Below are positions 30,249-39,487 of a stretch of 64,000 bases of DNA, in pieces. The DNA is taken from assembly GCA_965602015.1 (NCBI GenBank), contig OZ271918.1, positions 3,040,001 through 3,104,000 on the forward strand. Direction: 5' to 3'. The notes beneath the pieces are model-generated. The model was not told the origin of the DNA. It saw only the letters and a list, made by a program, of their open reading frames with translations, and did no database searches. Made by a program: the position numbers and the translations under genes. This DNA comes from Salinispira sp. (GTDB lineage: Bacteria; Spirochaetota; Spirochaetia; DSM-27196; Salinispiraceae). The first letter of the stretch is position 1. Each line of letters begins with the position of its first letter.

Positions 30249-31652
30249 TTACACGTCGTAATAGAGCTCAAACTCGACGGGAGTCGGCTGGAGCTTCTGA
30301 ATTTCCACCTCTTCCTGGAGCCGGTAGTCGGTATAGGCTTCAATAAAGCCCTCATCGAATACGTCTCCGGCGGTGAGCCAGTCTTTGTCAGCCAGCATTT
30401 CCTTGATGGCCTCTTCCTGGGTTGCACAGGTGGAGGGAATGGATGCGGCTTCTTCCGCAGGAAGATCGTAGATATTCTTATCCAGAGCGGAACCAGGATC
30501 GATCTTGTTCTTGATTCCGTCTATCATGGCCATCGTCATGGCTGCAAAACCGAGATATGGGCTTCCTGAGCTGTCGCCGCAACGGAATTCGAAGCGTCGG
30601 GCATTATCGCCGGTGACATAGGGGATACGCACTGCCGCGGAGCGGTTCGTCGCCGAGTACGCCAGCTTAACCGGAGCTTCGTAACCGGGAACAAGCCGCT
30701 TATAGCTGTTACCCGTAGGATTGGTAAATGCCTGGATGGATCGGCCGTGCTTTAACAGTCCGCCGATGGCATACAATGCAGTCTCGGAGAGGTTTGCATA
30801 TTCATCCCCGGCGAAGGTGTTTTTTCCGTCCTTCCAGATAGAAGTGTGGACATGCATACCCGATCCATTATCTCCAAACATGGGCTTGGGCATAAACGTC
30901 GCGCTTTTTCCGTACTGATAGGCGGTATTCTTAACTGCATACTTGTATTTGTGAACCAGGTCGCCGGCTGTGATGATTTCACCGAACTTCACGCCGATCT
31001 CTCCCTGGGCTGTGGCCACTTCATGGTGGTGCAGGAACACGGTTAAGCCCATGGATTCCATGTTCGCCACAATGTCGCCGCGCAGATCCATCAGGGTGTC
31101 CTGGGGAGTGGCGGGGAAGTATCCCATTTTATGACGAATCTTGTGTCCGAGGTTAACCCCCTCGTTTCCGGCAGTCCAGGGACCTTCACCGGTTTCAACT
31201 TCGAAAAAGCTCGAGTTTGCGGAATTGCCGATGCGAACAGAATCAAATATGAAGAATTCCGGCTCGGGCCCGAAATATATGGTATCGCCAATTCCAAGAC
31301 TCTTCATGTATTCCTGGGCTCGGTAGGCGATGTTCCTGGGTGCCCGCTCATAGCGCTCGCCGGTCCGGGGCTCGTAGATATCGCCAAAAAGAACCAGAGT
31401 TTTTCGTTCTCGGAAGGGATCCACGAATGCTGAACTCAGGTCCGGCTTGAATACCATGTCCGATTTATCAATGCTCTTCCAGGCCCGAATGCTGGAACCG
31501 TCGAAGGGAATACCGTCGGTAAGCTGCTCTTCATCCATATTCTTTGCGACAAAGGTGGTGTGCTGAAGCATACCGAACATATCGCCGAACTGGAGATCCA
31601 GATACTCGATTCCTTCCTTCTTAATCATTTCAAGAATGGCTTTGGCTGACAT
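30249..31652 (-). CDS. glnA: Glutamine synthetase type I
   Basis: FDGSSI, GPEPEFF, HHEVA, KPMFGDNGSGMH, NRSAAVRIP; adenylylation-site motif DKNIYDL. Confidence 0.99.
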   Translation of the reverse strand: MSAKAILEMIKKEGIEYLDLQFGDMFGMLQHTTFVAKNMDEEQLTDGIPFDGSSIRAWKSIDKSDMVFKPDLSSAFVDPFRERKTLVLFGDIYEPRTGERYERAPRNIAYRAQEYMKSLGIGDTIYFGPEPEFFIFDSVRIGNSANSSFFEVETGEGPWTAGNEGVNLGHKIRHKMGYFPATPQDTLMDLRGDIVANMESMGLTVFLHHHEVATAQGEIGVKFGEIITAGDLVHKYKYAVKNTAYQYGKSATFMPKPMFGDNGSGMHVHTSIWKDGKNTFAGDEYANLSETALYAIGGLLKHGRSIQAFTNPTGNSYKRLVPGYEAPVKLAYSATNRSAAVRIPYVTGDNARRFEFRCGDSSGSPYLGFAAMTMAMIDGIKNKIDPGSALDKNIYDLPAEEAASIPSTCATQEEAIKEMLADKDWLTAGDVFDEGFIEAYTDYRLQEEVEIQKLQPTPVEFELYYDV

Positions 31653-31703
31653 GAAAACTCCTTTTTCGTAGCCCTTGGCTCTCGTTAATACAATTTCGTA
31701 GTA

Positions 31704-31732
31704 AATATAGTTGTGACCTTCTTTTTTGTAAA
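31704..31732 (-). promoter_or_regulatory. Candidate sigma70 promoter of glnA
   Basis: Minus strand TTTACA-17-TATATT in an AT-rich intergenic region. Confidence 0.5.
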
Positions 31733-31900
31733 GCTAGTACACCGTAAATTTGCAAGTAAATACGCTTTTTTTTCGATAATTATTCATAATTCCTGATCAG
31801 CGGGCAGCATAGATCATGTTTAGGTCCGCCCAGGGATATCCCCCGGAGTATCTGGATAAATCCTGTTAGATTTACTATCCTTCCTGCCACAGGAGAAACC

Positions 31901-33517
31901 ATGGCAAATATAAACTACATAAATTTTGACAAGACTGAATCGATTAAACGCTTACAAAAACTCACAGCCCCCCGGCTTCAGGATGTTTTGGACGCTGAGC
32001 GTGTTGAGTCGATGGAATGCTCGGCTGATTTGGGAAATGGAGAAAAGCTGATTTTTAATTACTCTGCAAAACAGATTTCCGACGAGATTATCGATGCACT
32101 TTATTCGCTTGCTGAAGAGCAGCAGCTGCTAAATAAGTATGCTCTTCTGGCGGCAGGGGAATACATGAATACCGGAGAAAACCGCCGGGTGCTTCACCAC
32201 CTCACCCGGGGACAGCTCGGACCAGCTGTCATGCATGAGGGAAAGGATCTGGGGGGCTTTTACCGCGAACAGCAGAGCCGGATAGCCGACTTTTCCCGCA
32301 AGGTTCATGGCGGTGAAATTAGCTCGGAAGGAGGTGCCCCCTTCGATACGGTGGTTCAGGTAGGCATCGGAGGTTCTGACCTGGGGCCCCGCGCAATGTA
32401 CCTTGCCCTGTTGAACCATGTCGCTTCCCGGGCAGCCGACGGGAGCCGGGGAACCGGAAGCAAGCTCGATGCCCACTTTATTTCTAATGTTGACCCGGAC
32501 GATGCAGCGGATGTCTTAAGAAAAATCGATCCCAAAACCACGTTGTTTATCCTCGTTTCCAAGAGCGGTACCACCCAGGAAACCCTGACCAATGAAGCGC
32601 TGGTCATTTCGGCCATGAAAAAAGCTGGGATTTCGGCACCGAAAAAACACATCGTGTGCGTAACCAGTGAAACGAGCCCCCTCGCCAAGAGCGACGACTA
32701 CTTAGCCTCGTTTTTTATTGATGATTTTATTGGCGGTCGATACAGTTCCACTTCTGCAGTCGGGGGAGCGGTGCTGAGCCTGGCATTCGGACCGGAAGTA
32801 TTTGCTGAGTTCCTGGAAGGTGCACACGCGGCGGACAAATCAGCTATGGAAAAGGATATACGGAAGAACCCTGCGCTAATTGATGCACTAATTGGCATTT
32901 GGGAGCGAAATTTTCAAGGCTTTCCCGCCACGGCAGTCCTCCCCTACTCTCAAGCCATGAGCCGATTCCCCGCCCACCTTCAGCAGATGGACATGGAGAG
33001 CAATGGAAAGCAGGTGAACAGAGACGGCGAAATACTGGATTACCCCACCGGACCGGTTATCTTCGGCGAGCCGGGAACCAACGGACAGCACAGTTTTTAT
33101 CAGCTTCTTCATCAGGGAACCGATATCGTACCCCTTCAGTTCATCGGTTTCCTGGAGAGTCAGGACGGTCTGGATGTAGATTTTTCCGGTTCCACGAGTC
33201 AAAAAAAGCTCAATGCGAATTTGGCGGCGCAAATTATTGCCTTTGCAAAAGGAAGTGCAAACGACAATCCGAACAAGCACTTCCCCGGGGAGCGCCCTTC
33301 GAGCCTGCTGTATTCCACGCGTCTAAGCCCCCGGGTTTTAGGCGCCTTGCTTGCCCATTTTGAAAACAAGGTGATGTTTCAAGGACTTATCTGGAATTTG
33401 AACAGTTTTGATCAGGAGGGCGTGCAGCTCGGCAAAATACTCACCAAGCAGGTTCTCGGCTCCCAGGAACTGGATAGCTCCCTCGAAGCTTTTAGTAAGA
33501 AACTCGGAGTACGTTGA
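31901..33517 (+). CDS. pgi: Glucose-6-phosphate isomerase
   Basis: GIGGSDLGP, SKSGTTQET, GGRYS, QQMDMESNGK and FDQEGVQLGK. Confidence 0.98.
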   Translation: MANINYINFDKTESIKRLQKLTAPRLQDVLDAERVESMECSADLGNGEKLIFNYSAKQISDEIIDALYSLAEEQQLLNKYALLAAGEYMNTGENRRVLHHLTRGQLGPAVMHEGKDLGGFYREQQSRIADFSRKVHGGEISSEGGAPFDTVVQVGIGGSDLGPRAMYLALLNHVASRAADGSRGTGSKLDAHFISNVDPDDAADVLRKIDPKTTLFILVSKSGTTQETLTNEALVISAMKKAGISAPKKHIVCVTSETSPLAKSDDYLASFFIDDFIGGRYSSTSAVGGAVLSLAFGPEVFAEFLEGAHAADKSAMEKDIRKNPALIDALIGIWERNFQGFPATAVLPYSQAMSRFPAHLQQMDMESNGKQVNRDGEILDYPTGPVIFGEPGTNGQHSFYQLLHQGTDIVPLQFIGFLESQDGLDVDFSGSTSQKKLNANLAAQIIAFAKGSANDNPNKHFPGERPSSLLYSTRLSPRVLGALLAHFENKVMFQGLIWNLNSFDQEGVQLGKILTKQVLGSQELDSSLEAFSKKLGVR

Positions 33518-33521
33518 CACA

Positions 33522-33552
33522 AAACCCGCCGCCGGGTTAACGGCGGCGGTTT
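33522..33552. terminator. Probable bidirectional terminator between pgi and the hydrolase
   Basis: CCGCCGCCG-GGTTAA-CGGCGGCGG flanked by A and T runs. Confidence 0.75.
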
Positions 33553-33579
33553 ATTCTCAATAAACCTGAAGGGAAGCGG

Positions 33580-34569
33580 CTACAATCGATTCTCTATCCA
33601 TCGCAGACAGTCATCGAATGCCTTCGCCTGTAAAGCATCGTGGAAAACTTCATGCCTGCAGCCCTCATAAATTGCAGTTTCACATTGGTCCCAACCGAGT
33701 TTTTTATAAAATTCAGCCAGTAGACCGGGAGTTTTACCAAAACCCGCCACCGGATCGTCACTGCCGCAGAAAAACAGCAGGGGAATGCTCTGATCCGCCA
33801 GTTCACGCCGATACTGACGGGAATACACATAAATATTGATATCCACCAGGGCCGCATACGCGCCAAGGCGGAGAATATTTCCGCAGAGGGGGTCGGCAAT
33901 GTAGGCATCAACCTCATCCGGAATGCTGCTTATCCAATCCAGCTCGGTACGCATGCCCGAATATCGTTTATTCTTATGATAACGCCCCAAAACCAGATCA
34001 TCTATTGCAGCGCTGACGTGAGATTCACCGTGTCGTTTTATTTGGTGCATAATAAAGCGCAAGCCAAGCCTCGCCAGGAGCTTTCCGTTTTCCGGATGAC
34101 CGCTGAGAATGACTCCGCTAATCCGGCCGAGGTGGCCAGGTGGCAGGGTAGCAAGGGCGGCCCTGACAATCATCGATCCCATGCTGTGACCGAAGAGAAT
34201 AATTTTGCCCTCATCATAACGGGAGAATACATACTCCAGCACATGGCTCAAATCATCCAGGTAAAGCCGCCAGCCTTCGTCGAGGGGAATCAGCCCAAAA
34301 TCCGGATTATCGTACAGATGTTTTTTCAAACTGATGGGATCTTCGCTGTGGGAGCTATTAATCGCCGTATACCCGTGACCTCTCTGATCGTAGGCGAGAA
34401 CATTATACCCGTTATGGGCCAGAAATAGCGCAAACTGCTGGTACCGGGCGGAATGCTCCGCAATCCCATGCACCAAAACAACGGTCCCCCGGGCGGTACC
34501 TTTTGCATTCCAAAGCCGGGCAAAGGCCATGGAAGCTTTAACCGGTATATGTAGCTGTTCTTCCCGCAT
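33580..34569 (-). CDS. Alpha/beta hydrolase (lysophospholipase/monoglyceride lipase family)
   Basis: VHGIAEH, DQRGHG, GHSMG, GSDDPV and RHE. ATG 34569 follows TGGACA-17-TATGCT-6. Confidence 0.92.
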   Translation of the reverse strand: MREEQLHIPVKASMAFARLWNAKGTARGTVVLVHGIAEHSARYQQFALFLAHNGYNVLAYDQRGHGYTAINSSHSEDPISLKKHLYDNPDFGLIPLDEGWRLYLDDLSHVLEYVFSRYDEGKIILFGHSMGSMIVRAALATLPPGHLGRISGVILSGHPENGKLLARLGLRFIMHQIKRHGESHVSAAIDDLVLGRYHKNKRYSGMRTELDWISSIPDEVDAYIADPLCGNILRLGAYAALVDINIYVYSRQYRRELADQSIPLLFFCGSDDPVAGFGKTPGLLAEFYKKLGWDQCETAIYEGCRHEVFHDALQAKAFDDCLRWIENRL

Positions 34570-34635
34570 GTATCTAGCATATGTCCTCAAGAGGTCGTTG
34601 TCCAATGTATTTTTTTTCTATCATTTTTTATGTAC

Positions 34636-34786
34636 CCAGTGCCCCGAAAACAGCTGATTTAAAACAGCTAATCCGTTTGCTGTCCTGCAATTGCCGGCCT
34701 CTGATTACTATTGAGACATAAAATCATGCTATCCCACGCCTTATAAAGGTTTACCACAGACAAATCAGCTGTTTTCGGGGCACTGG
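34636..34786. mobile_element. 151-bp MITE-like element with perfect 25-bp terminal inverted repeats
   Basis: CCAGTGCCCCGAAAACAGCTGATTT (34636-34660) is the exact reverse complement of 34762-34786. The repeat is certain; mobility is inferred. Confidence 0.6.
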
Positions 34787-34806
34787 CTTTGGTTTACACT
34801 GGAGAC

Positions 34807-35352
34807 ATGAATACAAAAGGAAACACCCTGTCTGTCCTGCTGCGCATTCTGGACGTCGAGCAGAACAACCTGCAACGCTCGGACTCAAAGGCGACGGCCC
34901 TGCTCTCGACCCTCGGGGTCTTTATGGTCTTCTTCATCGTGCATTTCGATAAGATCACCATAAATGAAATCTCCCTGACGCTGGTCTTTTTTTATTTTTT
35001 CAGCGCACTGACCACGATATTCTGTCTGTTAAAGGTGATCAGTCCCAAAATGGTAAACGTTCCCGAAGAGCCTGATCTCAAGGATGCCCGATTCTCCATC
35101 AACCCGACGTTTTTTGGCGGAATTTCCCGATTCAAAACTCCCGGCAACTACGCCCGCTACCTCGAGGACCTAGCGGAAGATGATCATGCGGTATATACCA
35201 TGTTCAGCAAGCAGCTGTTTGCCATTGCAAAAATCAATATGCGAAAAAACAAGTGGCTCAAGCGGGGAATGAACTCGTTTATCGCCGCTATAAGCTTTGA
35301 GTTATTTTCGATAATCACTGTCTACGTGGATTTCGCATTCTCAAAAGCATAA
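34807..35352 (+). CDS. Pycsar-effector-like (DUF5706/PycTM) membrane protein
   Basis: QRSDSKATALL (xDxKA motif), two TMs, xFFGGI loop, IAKINMRKNKWLKRG, then a third TM. Confidence 0.75.
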   Translation: MNTKGNTLSVLLRILDVEQNNLQRSDSKATALLSTLGVFMVFFIVHFDKITINEISLTLVFFYFFSALTTIFCLLKVISPKMVNVPEEPDLKDARFSINPTFFGGISRFKTPGNYARYLEDLAEDDHAVYTMFSKQLFAIAKINMRKNKWLKRGMNSFIAAISFELFSIITVYVDFAFSKA

Positions 35353-35405
35353 AAAGATATTAGTATACAATCTCTTTTACCAGATCCGCATCATTAGGAG
35401 AAATC

Positions 35406-36488
35406 ATGGCACGCAAGTACAATTTTTACGCCGGACCTTCGACTCTGCCCGAGGAAGTGCTCAAGGAACTTGAGGCAGATTTCGTTGATTACAAGGGATT
35501 GGGTCTCTCCCTCGTTGAAACCAGCCACAGAAGTCCGGAGTACGATGAAGTGCATCAGTCGGTCATTCAGGGTGTCAAATCACTCCTCGGTTTGAGCGAT
35601 GATTATGAAGTGGTTATGATGGGAGGAGGAGCCACCCTTCAGTTTTCGGCTGTCCCCATGAATCTTCTGGGTGATAAAAAGCGGGCTGATTATGTAATCA
35701 GCGGTACCTGGGCAAAAAAAGCCCTGGCTGACGCCAAGGTATACGGCGAACCAGTGGTTCTTTGGGACGGGAAGGACGGTAATTATACCAGTCTACCGGC
35801 AGCGGATTCTGTCCGCCCCGGGAAAGACAGTGCCTATCTGCATATTACCAGCAACGAGACAATTAACGGGGTTCAATGGAAGGATTTCCCCGATGTGGAT
35901 ATTCCGCTGGTGGCAGACATGTCATCGGACATTCTCTCGCGCCCCCTACCTGTCGATCGCTTCGGTTTGATCTATGCAGGAGCTCAAAAAAACCTGGCCC
36001 CCGCCGGGGTTACCCTGGTCATTATCCGCAAGGATCTGCTTGATCGGGCAGGGGACAATGTGGGCGCCTACCTGAAATACAAGACCCACGCTGAGAAGGA
36101 CAGCCTCTACAACACGCCGCCGGTGTTCTCGATTTGGGCCATGAGCCGGGTACTTAAATGGATTGAGCGGAACGGCGGTCTGGCGGGCATAGAGAAAATC
36201 AATGCGGAAAAAGCCGATATGCTCTACCGGGCCATCGATGAGGCCGATGGTTTTTACAACTGCCCCGTTGATGCCTCGTACCGTTCAAGCATGAACGTGG
36301 TTTTCACGTTGGCCGACGAAGAGCTGCAGGGCGAGTTTCTCAAGGGCGCAGGTAACCTGGGAATGCTCGGCCTCAAAGGCCACCGATCGGTGGGCGGGTG
36401 CCGCGCTTCGATATACAACGCCATGCCGATTAGCGGAGTACAGGCCCTTGCGGAATACATGAAGGATTTCGCCGCGAAAAAGGGCTAA
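35406..36488 (+). CDS. serC: Phosphoserine aminotransferase
   Basis: NFYAGPS, SHRS, DMSSDIL, YAGAQKN, LYNTPP and GHRSVGGCRASIYN. Confidence 0.98.
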   Translation: MARKYNFYAGPSTLPEEVLKELEADFVDYKGLGLSLVETSHRSPEYDEVHQSVIQGVKSLLGLSDDYEVVMMGGGATLQFSAVPMNLLGDKKRADYVISGTWAKKALADAKVYGEPVVLWDGKDGNYTSLPAADSVRPGKDSAYLHITSNETINGVQWKDFPDVDIPLVADMSSDILSRPLPVDRFGLIYAGAQKNLAPAGVTLVIIRKDLLDRAGDNVGAYLKYKTHAEKDSLYNTPPVFSIWAMSRVLKWIERNGGLAGIEKINAEKADMLYRAIDEADGFYNCPVDASYRSSMNVVFTLADEELQGEFLKGAGNLGMLGLKGHRSVGGCRASIYNAMPISGVQALAEYMKDFAAKKG

Positions 36489-36547
36489 GCGACTCGGATA
36501 TCCATCGACTGACACAAAAAAGAATGTGATTTTCTTTCAGGGGAATC

Positions 36548-36576
36548 TTGACGACAGGTTCGGGCGGTATTAGAAT
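36548..36576 (+). promoter_or_regulatory. Strong sigma70-type promoter with no long ORF downstream
   Basis: TTGACG-17-TAGAAT. Confidence 0.75.
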
Positions 36577-36582
36577 TTAACT

Positions 36583-36837
36583 GTTGATGAAGATTTCATC
36601 AGGATTCCAGGTTCCCGGGAGAACCCGTAAGTTCCCCGAGGAAGGGTCCAGAACATACTGCAGGAGGGCTTATGGCAACTCCACCTAAAGCAGACGGGCC
36701 TGACAGTCCTTGATTCTCAATCGGGACTGCCGATGCCCCGTGTCAGACAAATCCATCAATGTCTGTGACATTGATTTAAGAAGCCCGGGAACATGATCCC
36801 GAGGTTAAGGCCGGCAGTTAGTGCCGGCCCTTTTTTT
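36583..36837 (+). ncRNA. Candidate stand-alone structured RNA (~255 nt), family not recognised
   Basis: Bracketed by a promoter and a terminator. Closing helix GTTCCCGGG (36611-19) / CCCGGGAAC (36784-92) encloses several hairpins. Confidence 0.55.
36809..36837 (+). terminator. Intrinsic terminator
   Basis: GGCCGGCA-GTTAG-TGCCGGCC-C-TTTTTTT. Confidence 0.9.
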
Positions 36838-36970
36838 GCCCGCATATCAATCTAAATTATCGCTAAACTATTGGCGCTGCAGTTCGAGCCTGGTGCATCA
36901 ACAGATACGGCAACATATAGCTATGCCAGCCAGTCTGACGGCATATACCCGTTACATCTATCCCCAGGCA

Positions 36971-38032
36971 TTATTCCGCAAGCAGTGGGCCGAGAAAATC
37001 CAAGTAGGTTTTCCAGGCATTGTCGCCGTAATTTCCGGCCTGGACCCAGGCAGCCGGTATGTCCCTGCTTCTGAGGAAATCCCGAACGAGGGTATTTCTT
37101 GCAAGCATCTGACGCCGGTTTAGTTTGAGAAGTTGGGTGGAGGGCAGCTGATCTTCTTCAAAAGGATCGGCTCCTGCTACGATAAACGCGATATCAGGGG
37201 TGGCTCGCCCCCACTGCTTTTCGCTTCGAGACACGAGCTCGCTCAGGCCGACGGCCAACCGCGAGTTGTACGTACCCTCTTCGCCGGCATCGACTGCAAT
37301 ATCGATATCGCTGGATATCCAGGCCGGATCCGAGTCATAGCCCGGAACCTGCCGCCGCTCGTCAAGCGGCCAACCTCGGGCCATATGGATGCTTAAGGCG
37401 ATGACGCCCTGGTCTCCCCCCTGATTCAGGCGCTTGACCAGATCTGCGGTTCCGTCACCCTTGTGGGCGTCAATATCAATAATCCATGCCGACGGCTTTT
37501 CCCCGCCTCCCGCTAGGCGCTCCCTGGCGGCCAGAGTGTCGCTGTAAAAGCAAAAACCCGAACCGAAGTCCCAGTGAGCATGGTGAAATCCTCCACCAAA
37601 ATACCAGGCTTCACCAGTTTCGAGAGCGAGCTCAGCGGCGCGGATAACCCCGCCGCCTCGCCGACGGACAATCTCGAATAGCTCGGATAATGGCCTGCTG
37701 GCTGCCGAGGGTGCATAGCGGTAATAGTCGCCGTTGCGGTCAATCAGCTCAAAGGTGCGAAGGATTTCGGTCTCCAGCTCGGCTCCGCCGGCGAGAAGCC
37801 GCCGTATGTAATTGGGGCAATGAACCGCGGCCAGCTCCGCTTCGCTGGGGGCCTTGGCCAAATCGGAGTGATACCAGGACGGCATGGATTCTCCGGAAGG
37901 CGGAATTGCGCTTTCCCCGGACATATGCAAGAGCTCCTTCATGGTTTTGAGCGCATTATTAAATGATATGGGGATATCTATACCGTAATCCGCCACATCC
38001 AGGCGGTCTGATGGATCGTAAATAATTTCCAT
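36971..38032 (-). CDS. Zn-dependent deacetylase (histone deacetylase family)
   Basis: GGFHHA, GFCF, DIDAHKGDG, GADPFEED and GNY. Start at ATG 38032. Confidence 0.92.
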   Translation of the reverse strand: MEIIYDPSDRLDVADYGIDIPISFNNALKTMKELLHMSGESAIPPSGESMPSWYHSDLAKAPSEAELAAVHCPNYIRRLLAGGAELETEILRTFELIDRNGDYYRYAPSAASRPLSELFEIVRRRGGGVIRAAELALETGEAWYFGGGFHHAHWDFGSGFCFYSDTLAARERLAGGGEKPSAWIIDIDAHKGDGTADLVKRLNQGGDQGVIALSIHMARGWPLDERRQVPGYDSDPAWISSDIDIAVDAGEEGTYNSRLAVGLSELVSRSEKQWGRATPDIAFIVAGADPFEEDQLPSTQLLKLNRRQMLARNTLVRDFLRSRDIPAAWVQAGNYGDNAWKTYLDFLGPLLAE

Positions 38033-38039
38033 GGGATTC

Positions 38040-39383
38040 CTATGTGCTTTTTTCCCCCGCTTCAGAAGACCACTGAACCGGCATACCGGTGGCGTCAATG
38101 AGATCGCGCCACAGACTGCTTTCCGGATCTACGTGATTCCGGGTTCCCGTGGCAATTCTCATGGGAACGTGTACGAAGTGGTTGTTCAGCAGGCTTACCA
38201 GTATCTTCGTTTTTCCCGCCATGGCCGCATGCACCGCATTTGTTCCCAGACGCGAACAGTACAAGCTGTCCGTCGGTATGGCCACCGATGACCGGATGAT
38301 ATAGCTGGGATCTATGTATTTTATGTTCACCGGGAAATTAATACTTGAGAAATGATCCGCCAATCGTTTTTTGAGGTACACGCCGATATCCCCCAGAAGC
38401 TTGTTTCCCGAGGCATCGGTTCCCTCCTGAGCATCCAACAGCCGCTGTCCGGCACCTTCGGCCACGACGATAACCGCATGGTTTCGCCGTTCAAGGCGCT
38501 TCTTCAAATGCTCGAAGAGCCCTCCGGGACCTTCGAGGGAAAACGGAACCTCGGGAATAAGTACATAATTGACATCATGACTCGCTATCGCAGTGTGGGC
38601 GGCAATAAAACCGCTCTCCCGGCCCATGAGTTTTACCAGGCCGATACCGTTTTGCGCTGAATGGGCTTCCTGATGGGCGGCGAACACCGATTCAGTAGCC
38701 CGGACCACCGCGGTCTCGAACCCAAAGCTCTTTTCGATAAAGCTCAAATCGTTGTCTATGGTCTTGGGAATACCGACCACGGCAATTTTGAGCCCGCGTT
38801 TCTCGATTTCCTCCGCCAGGGCAAGGGCCCCTTTTTGCGTCCCGTCGCCCCCGATGGTAAAAAGCATATTGATATTCAACCTTTCCAGGGCGTCGACCAG
38901 ATCTTCGGTGCGGTCCCCGCCCCCGCGCGAGCTGCCCAGCATTGAGCCGCCTATGCGATGAATATCATCCACCACATTGGGGTTTAATTCGATGATCGGC
39001 TCGCTGACAGTTCCCAAAAGACCGTTGTACCCGAACCGAATGCCGGTTATGCGCTGCACTCCGTAGCGGTACCAGAGGGTCCGAACCACCGAACGGATTA
39101 CATCGTTGAGCCCGGGACACAGGCCTCCGCAGGTCATGATTCCCGCCCGCACATGCGCCGGCTGGAAATAGATCATCTCCCGGGGACCCGCCTTCTGAAG
39201 CGTTCCGTAATCCTCGTAGTTTCTGCTTTCCCCGTCTTTCTCAACTTTAACATGATAGAGGATTTCCTCGTCATCGCTCACATAGTTTGCTATAGTGTCA
39301 CCATAGATCTTCGAAAAGACGATGGGCGACTGAATTTTCGTTTTTCCGAGATCGGGAACGGAAAAATCGTAGGTTTCTGCCAT
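38040..39383 (-). CDS. pfkA: 6-phosphofructokinase (probably ATP-dependent)
   Basis: TCGGLCPGLN, GGDGT, PKTIDND, MGRESG and IDPSY. Confidence 0.93.
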   Translation of the reverse strand: MAETYDFSVPDLGKTKIQSPIVFSKIYGDTIANYVSDDEEILYHVKVEKDGESRNYEDYGTLQKAGPREMIYFQPAHVRAGIMTCGGLCPGLNDVIRSVVRTLWYRYGVQRITGIRFGYNGLLGTVSEPIIELNPNVVDDIHRIGGSMLGSSRGGGDRTEDLVDALERLNINMLFTIGGDGTQKGALALAEEIEKRGLKIAVVGIPKTIDNDLSFIEKSFGFETAVVRATESVFAAHQEAHSAQNGIGLVKLMGRESGFIAAHTAIASHDVNYVLIPEVPFSLEGPGGLFEHLKKRLERRNHAVIVVAEGAGQRLLDAQEGTDASGNKLLGDIGVYLKKRLADHFSSINFPVNIKYIDPSYIIRSSVAIPTDSLYCSRLGTNAVHAAMAGKTKILVSLLNNHFVHVPMRIATGTRNHVDPESSLWRDLIDATGMPVQWSSEAGEKST

Positions 39384-39487
39384 CTGCGGACTCCAGATTT
39401 TTATGATGTTTCCATATTAGTCCAAGGACAGCTGCTACACAAGCTGAGCGGATAATCCGCAGGCCGCCTAGCCGCTGAGGAGAATTC

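Noticed and set aside
34636..35352. Retron msr-msd plus TM effector
   Set aside because: No reverse transcriptase in the window and no long msd hairpin inside the inverted repeat.
36711..36779. Selenocysteine read-through of the micro-ORF TGA
   Set aside because: No recognisable SECIS geometry or redox motif; purely speculative.
36627..36800. RNase P RNA-like words (GAGGAAGGGTCC; GGCAACTCCACC)
   Set aside because: Too short, and the complementary P4 3' strand is missing.
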